Translations under genes and position numbers: made by a program
Part shown: one piece after another, positions 1 to 13,236 of the stretch
How positions within the stretch are numbered: position 1 is the stretch's first letter
Layout of the letters: each line of letters starts with the position of its first letter
DNA from: Phoronis australis
Lineage: Eukaryota > Animalia > Phoronida
Direction: 5' to 3'
Length of the DNA stretch: 64,000 nucleotides
Assembly: GCA_002633005.1 (NCBI GenBank)
Contig: NMRA01000004.1
Location: 1,059,793-1,123,792 of the forward strand
Notes under the pieces: generated by a model
Databases searched by the model: none
Seen by the model: only the letters and a program-made list of their open reading frames with translations
What the model was told of the DNA's origin: nothing

Positions 1-275
1 GACTTGAGCATTATAGTCAGTTACTAGTGGTAACCTACTTTAGCAGACGATATTTTCCCGGCCGAAGCTTAGCGTGATAAAATATGTAGTAAGCTATAAT
101 AGTTGCTAAACCTTAATTTATAGATTCACTTTATTTCTATTTTGTTTTATTTTAAAATTGATTTTGAGTAAAAGCAATTTTTATATTACGCATACATAGG
201 CGAATCACAAAGTAGTGCAAAGTAGAAATCCATACAATGTACGCCTTATATTTTATCGTCTGCAAAACATTAATA

Positions 276-675
276 CCGGGGTTTTCCCATTGGCGTGTAT
301 TGGTAAAGTGAAAATCTTCACACATTTCACTAACTTCAAATAAACATCCGGGCGTTTTTTTGGAAAGGGGGGGCGTGTAAACGGAAAGTCAGCCTCGGCT
401 GATATGAGAATATCAGCGATTTTTCTGCATAAAACTGTGTTTTTTTAACTTTGAGTTAATAATAGTATAGTTCGCCAGCACTTTGTTCGTTTTCATGAAT
501 GATAAATGCTCCACAAAACTGATTTTGTGGCTAGGAATTGACGCTAAGTGGGCTTTTAAGAGGACTTTTTCCGAATAAACGCCCGACTATCAAGACACTC
601 GACATCAGAAGTTGCAAAACCAAATAATCGACCAAGGGCGTTTCATCGGGTGGGCTTATCTACGGAAAAGCCCGG
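276..675. mobile_element. TA-TSD MITE (Tc1/mariner/pogo-type), family shared with 26710-27114
   Basis: Ends TA|CCGGGGTTTTCC and GGAAAAGCCCGG|TA form an imperfect TIR. A poly-G tract and the GGGTGGGC-TAT subterminal motif recur in 26710-27114. Confidence 0.6.
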
Positions 676-1748
676 TATCAACAATCAAACAATGCCGGAA
701 TTCCGAGAAGCTGACAAGGTTTATATTATTGACAAATCGAGTGTTGCAAGAGTACGTACTCCCAGTCGGAAGGACAGGTAAACAACTCTTTAAACGGACG
801 CATCTTCGGCGGATCCACGTTCATTCAAGCGGATACGAACCCTAATTCAAGAAACCACGCTGTGAGATTAGCTTGCGCGGTGCAGCACTGAAATAAGTGT
901 GGGCTATAGACCCCCCCCCCCCCAAGCCCCCTGTGACCGCGCGCCGCCCATGCCGATGGGCAGCGCAGCACTGAAATGGGTTGTTGACGAAAGCTAAATG
1001 CAATTTACAACTGTTAAGTTTGAAATAAAATTATTAACAAAAAGTAGCTGGGTTTACTTTACTTTACGCAAGCGTGTTTTTACAAAAATTGCATCATGTA
1101 GTTGAAAGTTTTTCGGCAAAAAGATTGTTTTTACGGTTCATGTGAGAAATCAAATCCTACATTCGTCTCACAGGTTTGTGACTTGAGTAAAAGCTCTTGG
1201 AAATCCCTCAACAAGTCTTGGGATTTCGACATTTTCCAAGAGGTTTTGCCCATGTCATAAACATGAGACTCATGTATAGTGAAAATGGCAATGAATTTAA
1301 AGTCTGAGTGCCAAAACGCAATACTGGGAGGGCACGAGTTAAATGAAATGTGAAAGCTTTTTCAGGACGACAGTGGTAAAAGTCTATGCAATCTGCACGA
1401 TATCGTTAGAAGGAGCTCAGAGAGCAGGGTGACAACAAACTAAAACTTTAATGATAATTACGAACAGCGTTGCCCTTAGAAACCTGTTTGACGAAAAGTG
1501 ATTTAAAGAATGTATAAACTGCCTTCCGTCACTAAAACAACTTTGATTTAGACCACTTACTGTTAAGAAAAGGACCTTCAATCGAAGTAAATTTTAAGTG
1601 ATTCAAGGGCTTCAAAAGACTGGTAGCTCGTTAATAGTTGATACCTGCAGGCTCTACAACTTGGCTTTTCATGACGTATCACTCTATGCCCTGAGCATGG
1701 TCTCAAGGAATAACGAACTTGCAGCTCAGTCATTGTAAAATCCGCACA

Positions 1749-4700
1749 TCACTCATCTGAGTGAGGAACAGGTAATCTAAACGTTCTTTTCTTGGACGTA
1801 ACGCGGGTGTAGAACCTCGCTGTGCCCGTCAGACATGTTGTCGATATACTCTGGATAAAGTTTTTCCAATGCTAGTGTTAGAGCATCATAGTGCAGCAAT
1901 AATGTTTACACATTATTTGAATGCTTAGCCATAATTATATAGAAATATTTTCAGAGACGTTACACTTTGGTCAAGGGAGATTAAGTTATTATGGGGAATA
2001 GTGACGTGGGGAGGGTGAAATTTCTGGCTTAGTCTGAGTACTGTGCTCAAGCATTTCGTGCAGGCTGGTGGCAAGTTGCAAAAACCCGACACTGTACCTG
2101 AAGGTGTACTGGAGTTTTCCCCTGTTGAACAAGTTCAAAGTACCGCTGAGGTGGCAGGGCGGCTTGGACAAGGTTGACGAAATGCGCGCTGGAGGTGAAT
2201 AGTGAGCTGACGTAGGCCTGGCCTTGTACGTGATGCACATCTTGTGTAATCATCTTCAGACCTTGGCGGGCAAGCATGTTCACCTGATAAGTAATGGATA
2301 CAAATGTTATGGACCTGATAGTATGTATGTGTGTTGTATTTATGCATTTAATAATATACAATGGGAAACTCGATGTACATTACAGGGGCGGATCCAGGAT
2401 TTTGAGTTAGAGGGGCCAAGGCTGAGTATTTGCCAGGATTTTCCCCGTCAGACATTCGCACCCCCGTATTGCCAAATGGAATCTAGGAGAATTTTAGGGG
2501 AGGCCATGGCCCCCTTGGCCCCCTCCCCCACTTAAATCCGCCATTGCATTAGGTGGTAGCAGAAAAAATGCGTCGTGAGATCCGCTCCGTGGAAGCCGGA
2601 TTGATCACGTGCTTAGCGTGTACTGCATGGCAATATCTTGCGGAGAATTGCGTGATCTCGTCAAGCTTGAAGCCTGTTATAGTTTGGGGCTGTGGGGCCA
2701 TTAAAATACACTCATTCTTACATAACACCGATAAGACGGGTAACACACACCTGGTAGCCTTGCTGATTAAATGGTACACCAATCAGAGCCTGCCATCTGC
2801 CGCTTGCGGGACCAGTAACCAAGGTGTGACGAACCTGCCCTCTGTTGTCATTGTAGGCAGTAAGATACCTTACCATGGTACTTCGACTGTACTGCAATTA
2901 TGAGTATTAAAATCGATAATCATTTGCCAAAAAATCTTAACAAAGATTAGATAAAATAATTCACAGTAAATTTTAAACCACCTTGGTGCTGTGAATTTTT
3001 TATTTGCTTTGTCACGTAAAACCATTAGAGAGAACGGAAACATCGTGAGACGCATGACAAAAGAAAATATGGTCGAAAAAGCCTTGGAGAAAATTTCTCG
3101 GAAAGAGAAATTTCCAGCAGCGCTTGGGTGGAAGGAAATAACAGTGTGTTGCATCCCCTGAGAAGACTTCGTCTAATGAAATGATAAAAGTCCTAATTGC
3201 CACAATCCTCATCACAAAGGTTGAGAACTTCAAAGACTAATCAACGCCACCTAATGGTGGAGAAGATGGTAAAAACTGTAATACTTGTCAACCTGCTTTT
3301 GCTCATAGGAGGAGCCACCAAACAATCCTCGTGAAACCCGTGTAGAAATCTGAGTAGAGTCCAATGACACTAACACCTCGGTAAAAAGGCAAAACTTCGT
3401 GAGATTACGCGAGATATTGCCGTGTGTTTTCGATGACAGCACGTGATTTTGACCAAATTTTTCTCGTCGCGAGATAGCTGTTGAACTCTACCCCGGCTTG
3501 GGAACAAGGAAATATTTGACACCTCACCGCTGGATATATCGCTTACTGGAAGCTACATGCGTTTCATGTCGCTGTGTTTGGTAAGGTAGAAGTGTGGCAA
3601 TCATAAACATCTGAAATTTTAGTCTATCTGTACCAGTACTTAGTCCTGTCGCTGGCCTAGATGACCTAAGACGGTTCCACTGCGCACAAGTGTGTGCAGA
3701 CAAACTGGAATGATTACTCATGCGCGCACCCAGCCTAAAAAATGGGGGCTCAATTTTTTTAGAATGTGGACCTTTCACTAAGATTCAATAGGTACGCTCA
3801 GAGTTATGAATTGTGGCATTCGCGAAATATTGGTAGTTAGTTCCTTTTTAGTGGAATCTGGTCTCTTTTTCTACTTTTTTTTTCGGAGTTTTTGTTTCTC
3901 TGAGGCGGACAGAGCTCTCATGGGTGCGCGCATGTTACTCACATTGTCTGCTTATGGAAGAAATTTCCCGACAAACATGCTTTCATTTTGTTCAGATTTT
4001 GAGGGTGATTACAAGGAAACTCCACCTAGATATATAGTATAATAGGTGTCTCAAATATTCTGGAGCACACCTTTGTCTAAAATTGGACCACTAGACTACA
4101 AACCATAAGAGAATAATTCAACGCTTTTAAAAGTGCAACCCAGACAATCTCGACAGTTTTCAGGCAAGCACAGACATGACACGAACATTAAAGTAGTCTA
4201 AACCGGATATAACGTTGGACTGGCATACTTTATCCGAAGCTGTTGACAACGACAATTCGTTTCCAAATATCCAAACAATCGTCTGCCACTTTTTGCGATG
4301 GAAGTATGGGTGGACTCATCCTATATGGGAACCCTTAGGACCATCACAACAGGGAGCACCCTGTTATATATGAAGTGGTGTGAAAAGCGCATGATTGCAT
4401 GATTAAGGTCTAGTGATGTCCAGTTTGTCCACAAATGTAGCACGCAAATGTAGTATGCAAAGGCCTACCTGTAAGTTACGTATTTTCATGATAACCGCCT
4501 GATACGTTAGTCCATGCTCGAGATTCCATCGAGAGTTTCCCTTCTTCCAAATTGTTGTAAAGAAAACTCCTTTTGGCATTGACTGGCTTGGCATAGCCAT
4601 TGACTCCATTGCGGGCTGCAGCGGGTTCGAAAAGCCTAAAATGCACGCGAGCAACAATCACAGTAACGCAGGCAGTATGCGAACGGACGAACTGCCGGGG

Positions 4701-7700
4701 GTACCTAGCTGACGTCACATATTGCTATCAATTGTATCATTATCAAGCTACCATATTTCTTCGCGAACACTTAAAGGTTTTCTGGAATTCAAATTCCTAA
4801 AGTCTGTTAAAGATCTGCACAACTGTGTCCGTTTTCGCTTGCTGTAAAGTGGTGCACAAAGAGGATTTTTAATATTTTGGCCGCATCATAAACCTTCAAG
4901 AATCAATCAGTCATAATAAATCAACAGGTTTTAGCCGTATGCACATACTTATATTGCTATAAAATTCCCGCTTGTTTATTTGAAGGTTTTCAAACGCAAT
5001 AGCAATATGTGGGGATTGTTGTGGTGTAACTAATATTGGCACCTGTGATTATGAAGGTAAGGTTGAAGGAGATACCATACGCAATGGTTGTGTTGTGGCA
5101 ACGATGGCTGCGTGTGCTGAGGTAATAACTATGACACTTACCTGGCAGTCCGGTTCCGCCGACCTCAACGGACTCAATTCTCACCAATTCAAAACCTTCC
5201 CTTCTCAGGCTGTTTACAGTGGTCACTAACTCACTGTCTCTGATCATGGCCTTCACAGCATACTTTCCGTTGGAACTGACACTATCGAAGCCACTGTGTC
5301 TCACTGTCAGATAGTTGGGCGTTAAGCCCTTCTCGAGGCTGAGCGCATACCTTTGGAGGGAGACAATGATCACTTAGAAAACGACATGGGCGGCGCAGCA
5401 CTGAAAAAAGTGGGAGGCTAAAGTCCCCTCAGCCCCCCTGTGATGCACCGCCTATAATAGACCGTTTGCGGCGTAGCACTGAAAAAAGTGGGAGAACTAT
5501 AGCCCCCCAGCCCCCTACGGGTGCGCCGCCCATGAACGAGTCACCAAACCATCATTATGAACTGTTTCCTCGTCATACAAACAAGATAAACAATTCTGTC
5601 ACTTTCCCGGAGAGCGGGATACGATAAGCTGAAGCAAGTAAAATTAATCATGTGTGGCAGATGTACTTTTCCGAATTAATGTAGACTAGGCAAGGTTCTG
5701 CCGCCAGATGATAACTTCCGGTCGGTCTTCTACGGTCAACTTATTATACTCTCCACAGGCCACACCATATTTGCCTGCAGAATTATACGACATATCTACC
5801 ACGTATATTTCAAAACGTGATAATCAAACGATGCGAAGATTCGAGAGCTTCAAAAGTTAGATTTGATTGTTAAGAAAATGTGCAACCAGTGCTCGTTATC
5901 TAAGACAACTTGCAGTCAATATCTACTTGCCATAACAGCTACATGTACTAACCTGATCACAGAATCCGTGTCCAAATCTCCAGGCAAACCGTTACATGTC
6001 ATGGCGAAGTTATACCCGGTAAAGTCATGCATCATCACTGATATAGATCCTGGTACAAGACCGTTATGGCCATATTTGACACCTTGTCTCTCCATCGACA
6101 GACCCATGCCATACCACGTTTTGGCATCAGATTTCCTACAATATACAGCAGTTTCATTCGTAAATTGTCATGAACGATTTGTGAGTCGAGTAAAGCTTCT
6201 CACACGGGGGCGCGATATCTCCTAGTCATGCACGCACGTTATTGAATGAAATAGGTCTTTTGGGTTTCTTTAGAAATCTGTGAGAGTTTCCCTACGTCTG
6301 GACATTTACAATCGGATGTTAGCCTCTTGTACATATAGATATACAGTGTACAACTGCTAGCTAGATAGCTGAGTCCTTGCTTAGCCTGGATCACCTTCAT
6401 TTGACAAGCATCCACAATCTAATAATCTGTGCGTGTGGCTACAAAACTATCATTTTTGTGAAAGTGACACGTGCATGTACATTAAAATGATTTTAAACCA
6501 GGTTTTTACTATCAACGGACATTGACGCCAAGTTAACACTTAAATCGTTGAAACAAAATAAGGCCCCGTAAAGCTTTGCTAATCTTCAACTCCTCGCAAC
6601 ATTTGTTAAATCTGCAGGCGTGACTAACGTGGTCGTACATGTGTACAAGAACTGTGTTGAAAGGGCACCCCAAGTCATGAGCCACCCAATCTATATAGCG
6701 AAATCAGAGCTTTAGGAGAAATACTCGTCCATTTTTTCTGGAAGGTACTAATCATATTGCACAACAGTACCGTAAACTCGCTCAAGGCGCTTAAATTGGG
6801 AAATTCTGTGACAGGGAGGGTGAGCGATTGCTCAAGCAATGGGGAGAAAACCGAAAATTGATAAAAAGTCGGGGATGGGTGATTACCCGGGTATGGGCGT
6901 TAACCCGCGAGTTTACGGTATGTGTACGTTTTGGTTAAAATCCCCCAGCCGACACGGTTCAGTAATCATTAGCTAATGAAGGAAACGTGTGTAGAAGTTT
7001 TGGAAAGCTCAATATGTGAATGCTCGCGCACGAGACCTCGTAGGGTGTTTGTAGACACTCAAACCAACGTTAACATCACACTGTGCCCACGTGCTCTTAC
7101 TGGTAGCTCGGCCTCGCCTTCATCTTTGCGAACGTTTCTGGCATTTTGAACAGAGTTTTCCCAGAAGTCCCGTCGAGGGCATGGATGAACTTGACGAGGT
7201 CACCCATGTTTGCGAGCCAGGCACCGGCGCCAGCAGCGTTCTCCAAGGGGAACGAGCTGTAAGAGGGGCTAACCATGCCGTCTTGAGGGAAGATGGAGCG
7301 AACCTTTTGGTTTTCCGGGTTAAAGTAGTATTTTACCTGTGGCGAAAACGAAACGCTGAATGCAAAAGATTCGGTTACTGCTTGGCCGACGCAGAATGAG
7401 TTAGATTTATGCATACTTGTACTGTAGATATATTTATGTCTAGAATAATGAGTAACTACAAGACACCAACTAAACCTACTACACCTGTAGGCCTAGGTAA
7501 AAATGTCTTTACAAGAGAAGTATTTTGATTAATCAGATGTGGTGCATTGTAATGAATCAAGTGTCCTTCTCTAAAGATTCTCGGCCAATGCGGAAATTTT
7601 CATTCATTTTAGGTACCTGACTTTGAAGCAGATCATATTCTTATGAGACTCTTTTGGGTACAAAAACATAGTGGTGGTTACACAAAGATGCTGGCTTGTC

Positions 7701-10700
7701 AGAAACAGACTGTAGTGCCACCCCGTCTTAGGCTAATGTTAACATTAGTACATTAGTTTTATTGAGTGTTAGAACTCAAGGAGTTTTACCGGAATTCTAT
7801 GTCCAATATTCGGACTACAGACGTCAGGACGACGTATGACTTTCGACTGATTGGCCAAAGTTAGGGTCAAACCAGCTGACGGCGCCTGCGCCTGCGTCTG
7901 CTCCAGCTACTGTAAATGCTATCTGACTACGCCCACGTTTACCTCGTTCTTTGCTCGTTCGGCAAGTCTGGTTTTGCCAAGTTTCATGTCGTTAATTCCC
8001 AGTGTAGCTACCTTCTGCTGAACGTATTTCTCATACGTCGTACCGGAGTACTTGGTCACAATTTCCCCGAGAAGCATGTAGCCAACATTGGAGTAAGCGA
8101 ACTTGGAGCCTGCAAAGTGGACGACATGATAGACCTATTTTTAATACTTTTTTGGAAAAAGTAGTGTTTCCAATCATTAATCAGAACTGTTCCCTGAATG
8201 TGATTGAAAAGATGATACAGGACATCCATAGAAAGTGGAACTTGTGTAAAAACATAATCAACGGCTCAGAACTAACCGAGCATTTCCGATATTGCATAGC
8301 ACTCTAACGTTTTGGTTTCTATAAGCAGATATCACCAGGGACTTGTGAAGACTGAAAGTAATCTGAAGCGAATACAGAGTACATGGTACTTGTCAGTTGG
8401 GAAGTAACTGGCATTCATTGATGGTGAAAAAGTGTTGTGGTGTCTGGCAAGAAAGCGAATTAATTGTCATACCAGGATTGAAATCGAGTCTCTGACGTAA
8501 GACCCAGTTGATCAGAACGTCGTTGTTGAAAGGCGTAGTCGTCCCCATCTGTTGAGCGATACGAGTGTACAGTCCCTTTGTGTTGTCCAGGGGGTCACCT
8601 GACTTGCCCCTGTCCCATCCGCCAGTGTGTTGAAGTAACATCTGCAGGTTTATTTGTGGCAGACGGCCGTCACTACCCGCGGGTAATGTATATTGGTTTA
8701 GAAGACCTGCGGCAAATGTACAAGTGAATTAATTCCTTCATTTTGTTTTCAATCACGGTCGTGAAGTAACATTTAACTGAGTTTAGTAAGGCAAAGAAAG
8801 AATAGCTCTATTCTTTGGTTTCAGCTGAGTTTAATTGACAGACGAAAAGTAAGCATACGTTTCATTATATTGAATCACAGGGGATTTTTCCAAATTTCCT
8901 GTGTAATTATTGTCGTCAAAATTCTTACTCGTTATTGCAATATTCCTTAATCTAACTGATGTTTTCCGTACTTACCACGGACTTTTGTATTTTAATATGT
9001 GCTGAACACTAGTCTCTGTCCCTTATTCGAGAATCATAGGTAAAACTCACCGCTTGGCCCAAATACTTTACTATTGAGGTTCAATTTGTTTTCCTCCACG
9101 AGCATCAAGACAGCGGCTGCTGTGAACGTTTTACTGACGCTGCCCACGCGAAACAATGATACGTCGGGGTCGATTTTGGCGCGGGTGGACTTGTCACCAA
9201 CGCCATAACCTAAGTCGCAAGATAAAATTAAATATTCACATATCGAATTAAATTGCCCCGTTTCGTGGGTGAAAAAAAATGGATTCTATGGTGAACCTAC
9301 AGGTGTAGTTTTCAGAATATTTCTGTGCCCGATTCTGTCTGACCGGAAGAGGACATGAAGATAACGAAGTATCGCAGGCTTTCTGGGCCAACTTATCAAT
9401 TCTCCCACCTTATTGCGAGCCAGTGTGCCACAGTAAAACTTTGTTGGTACTAAAATGAGATGACGAAGTAATTTTTAAGTGTATGATAATGACTACAACG
9501 ACAGCAGCGCACTACTTTCGGGAAAGTGCACTGCGGACGTTCATCATTCTGGGTAAATATCATGGAGTAATGCATGTACATGTAGAGGGCGCTATGTATA
9601 AAACTGTCCTCTGACATATTGACGTTTCAGTTTTATACCCACTCATTGTAGTTCGACATTATATCTAAGAATAAGTTTGTTTCACCTGGTGCTTTTTACG
9701 GATATATTTTACATTGCGTTACCAACAGAAAGCTGTTTCGAGTGTACACGATCAGGATGTGTGCCCCTTTATAGCAGGTGTCTATGGTGTTCACAATTTG
9801 CTGATTTTAGTGCCCAACACATGAAGCATCGATGAGAGTACTTATACATACTGGGGTGCGTATCGTAGACATGCGACACTCGTGAGAAATGTTAGTGTAA
9901 CCACAAGATTTTCTCGTAATGCAAGGAGATATGCTTTCCAGAAAGTACCAATGGGAAGAAAACAAAGGTGCCTTCGATTACCACCGTTTAGAACTACTCA
10001 CTAATAAAATGTGCCCTGAATGCCTTTGCGTGCTTATCGGGATGTGAGTTACAGTATGTATTCAAAGGCATACTCTCATACTTTTCGGTGTTTTACTGGT
10101 TATACGTTCAGAAATCTTGCAATAGAATAAAAAAGCACTTTCCTTTCACTCACTCAATGTCCGGAACATAAATTGCCAGACATTCCCTGAACTGGCTACG
10201 TAAAAAAGCCGTGGATGAACGCACTTGGTTATTTAGTATCATCATTACCGTCAAGTAGTTGGTTACAGAAAAGTGGAAGCACCACAAAATCTCTGCCTTA
10301 GTTGACTGTCTGGTAATGACGTCACATGACCATACAAAAGCGTCTATTTTTGGAGCTCTTTGCCCGTGCTGTGCCGCATTCGTCTACATAGATTCGTCCG
10401 TAAACTTCACGTGTTAATTTTTAATGTTCGACCTTGGAAGCCTGTAAGCCTATTTCCAAGTCAGCATTGCCAAACGCTAGTTTGGGTACAGCATTGCCCA
10501 GGAGACACCCGTTTACCTTTCGCGTAGATTCTGTTAGCGCCATTGTTGACCACTAGTGCACAGCCAGGCAAATTTTCATCCTTCATAAATCCTTCAATGG
10601 TACTGTCCACGAAGCGGAACTGTTGTTGTCCGTTGACAACGGCTGAAAATCCAAAGTTAAAATACAACGTTCTTCCATGAACAAGTTGAGCATTTTAACG

Positions 10701-11487
10701 TACAAACGATCAAGTTAAATGCCAGGCTATGGTTTTTTTGGATTGGTACTTTAATAATTTCGAAACAAAGCTGTAGGCCTATGTACAAGTACATGTATAT
10801 GTACAGTAAAAGCGTGTGGATATATATAAGACGAACGTCGATAAATTGTTATAAATATATTAAAAGCTCAAGTATCGAGCATTGCTCTTCACAAGGTGTA
10901 ACAGACTACGTGGCCAGGTAATTAGTTAACGTCGCACCAGTGATACGATGTATGCAAATGAATACTGTTTGCGTTAGTTTTATCGTCGGTAACAGCCTTC
11001 AACATCTTCGGCTACAGTACATCAGACTACTATACCAGTTTAATGATTTAAAAGTAATAGGTAGTTCACTTATTTTATGTTTCCAGGCACTTCCTTTCCC
11101 AGAACGAAGGTGTATAGTAAAAATATGACTGCTGCAAGGTCTCCTGATTTTTGTGGGGGGGGGTTTCGAAAAACTGCTCTAATGCGCGTATAAGCAACGA
11201 GAATTTGAAAGGCCATGATTTGCCAAGTGATGAGTGAAAAATGTAATATCGTTTTTGCACGTCTGAGGTGGTAATTCTTCAGTTTTTGGGTAGGTGCCCA
11301 ACTAAGAAATATCGCACTACCGACTCGATTTTAAAAAAACCGGCTAAGCCGCTTAAATACGATGTAGGCCTTCTGAACATGGCATTATGTTTTTCATCGG
11401 AGTGAAAAGTACTTTTCACCTGCTCAAGACTATGTACCTCGTCTCACCTAAAACCAGCAAACAGGCGGTGAAGAGTAGTTCAGTCAT
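1749..11487 (-). CDS. Secreted serine beta-lactamase/PBP-fold hydrolase with C-terminal BTRD1-like (polyglycine hydrolase-like) repeats, ~625 aa, 13 exons
   Basis: Phase-consistent GT-AG exons: 11448-11487, 10517-10642, 9051-9209, 8473-8706, 7943-8109, 7101-7336, 5953-6135, 5142-5350, 4469-4569, 3528-3571, 2751-2841, 2098-2283, and tentatively 1749-1850. N-terminus MTELLFTACLLVLAVVNG looks like a signal peptide. Motifs: FRVGSVSKTFTA (SxxK), LLQHTGG, PGSKFAYSNVGYMLLGEIV (YxN), GAGAWLA, YGHNG (HxG). The last exon is uncertain; the alternative is read-through to a stop at 2047. Confidence 0.88.
2383..2546. mobile_element. MITE family B (CAGGGGCGGAT...ATCCGCCATTG), 5-bp TSD CATTA
   Basis: TIRs visible and CATTA on both sides; homologous copies at 14670-14852 and 27849-28007. 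Confidence 0.8.
3719..3934. mobile_element. MITE family C (CATGCGCGCACCCA TIR), 5-bp TSD TTACT
   Basis: 14-bp TIR with TTACT on both sides; related copies at ~15112-15366, ~40603-40830 and 52126-52373. Confidence 0.8.
5385..5534. mobile_element. MITE family A (CATGGGCGGCGC TIR, internal dimer), 5-bp TSD AACGA
   Basis: TIR and TSD visible; second full copy at 47541-47690 and a truncated copy at ~876-932. Confidence 0.85.
6770..6918. mobile_element. TA-TSD MITE with CCGTAAACTCGC TIR
   Basis: TA|CCGTAAACTCGC...GCGAGTTTACGG|TA; perfect 12-bp TIR. Confidence 0.75.
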
Positions 11488-11524
11488 TTCCAGTGTTCGG
11501 GAGCATCTGGTGGCCGTACGTGAA

Positions 11525-11532
11525 TTTGTATA
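11525..11532 (-). promoter_or_regulatory. Possible TATA-like box of the beta-lactamase-like gene
   Basis: TATACAAA on the minus strand about 40 nt upstream of the ATG at 11487; supported by position only. Confidence 0.25.
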
Positions 11533-12774
11533 GGAGATAAAGTTCTGTTAAGGCATGAGAGAACACACGTGTTTACGTGTTATACATGTATGTCAATGAG
11601 TTGCTCAAATGGTGGTAACAAGAAACAGTTTGTGTGTTACTGTTTTGTTAGTGATCCTAGAAAGGTATCCTAGTTTGGTTAAAATCAGAGTATTGATTTC
11701 AACAATGTCTGCTTTCAAAATGCTTCAAGATATTGTTTTTTAAACTGTACCACTTTGGTATGAAGGCCTCGGAAATTATGACTTTTATGATTTTTAAGCA
11801 TAAAACGAAAATGAGAATTGTAACAGGATATTTGAGATTTCAACAATTTTATTTGATGAAATTTGTTGTCGTATTATTGATACCGTTATTTTGCTATGAA
11901 TGTATTTCTTCTTTTTGCCTAAATGCTTGCTAATAACACATGACAACGTAATCCAATTAATGACTGAACGGAGTGAAGTCAAAATTGAAATTCAGCAACA
12001 GGATTTTTACTTTCAGAAAATATACTACGTTTTTGTCGACAAGGGCCCACATCGATAACTTTAACGGTTTTTTGTGCCAATAATAACCAGTGTTGTGTAG
12101 GGATATGCCGTCGCATACAGTTTGAATGGAGATGATGTTTTTGCGATGGTGTTCAATTTTTGCCGATAAAAATGAAAATTATTCCGCACACAGAATTACA
12201 GAAATGAAATATTAATCATAGTTTAAACACACCCAATAACCCAGGGTGCCCAAACTATGGACGGAAATTCATTTTCTACATCACCGACTTCAAGTGACAC
12301 GTTTGACATTTTTGACGAAAAAGTTTTTTAATTGTGAACTTTTCGTATTAAACGTTGAAGCCCTTTTATGAGATATACAAAAAAGGAAATTTCGTTTTTT
12401 TTCTTTTGGCACAAACACTACCAGTCCCGCTGTCATGTTCTAAAAATGAAGCTCACAGGTTGTCTGATGCGATGTGGTACTACACTGTAGGCCTACCTCT
12501 CCCAAGGTACAGAGTGATCCTAAGAATAACGGGGAAAGCACTGCGCAGAGCACAACTCGGTGACGGCACCCGGCCATGGAGTCGTGCAAATCGGCACTGC
12601 TGGTAATAAGCCATGTTTGGTTTTTATAGCATTTTTATAAACATTTGTGATCCACGAGTTGAGGTCGTGTACCACTTTTCCAGAATCTGTGGACGAATTC
12701 CGGAGTATGACCTTAGCCGACGTGCAGCGTTTCAGCAAAGAACGTGTCGGAACATTTGTCTACAGACTCTGATG

Positions 12775-13077
12775 CGTAGGCGAATTTGGGGGGCAGGGGG
12801 CCCTATTCCCCCCATGGCTACCGGATGTTAAATGAAACAACAGTAGCGTATAGCGTGAGGAATTATTGAGTTCGGTAGCGGACCGGGGGAGAGGGGTCTC
12901 GGACGGAAGCGTGTTCCCGTTTTTTTTTAGTTCACAGATAGTTTCCTGAACAAAAGTTTCACGTCCCCGCCCCCCACAACTTTCGAGCCGCCTGTGCTCA
13001 TACAACCGCGCTTTGCAGGCCATTTCCCGGAGGCAACATGTTGGGGCCCCCGTTATGGTATCCTAGGTCCGCCACTG
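12775..13077. mobile_element. Degenerate CAGTGGCGGA-type MITE, 5-bp TSD TGATG
   Basis: Right end TCCGCCACTG, decayed left end, TGATG on both sides. Confidence 0.6.
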
Positions 13078-13236
13078 TGATGTGACGCATAGCGAGAATC
13101 ATTTGCAAACTGCAGGTACTGAGTTGAATAAGGCCAGTACCTTTCTAAAAAAGAAAGATTTCTCGAGATTGGCGCAAGAGAGGTACAGCCGTCAGTATTT
13201 TCAACTGAGAACGGGTGATTTTGGCTAAATTTCTTG

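Noticed and set aside
3251-3442. Minus-strand ORF as an exon of the beta-lactamase-like gene
   Set aside because: No good acceptor, and the 3528-3571 exon already gives the correct phase and repeat register.
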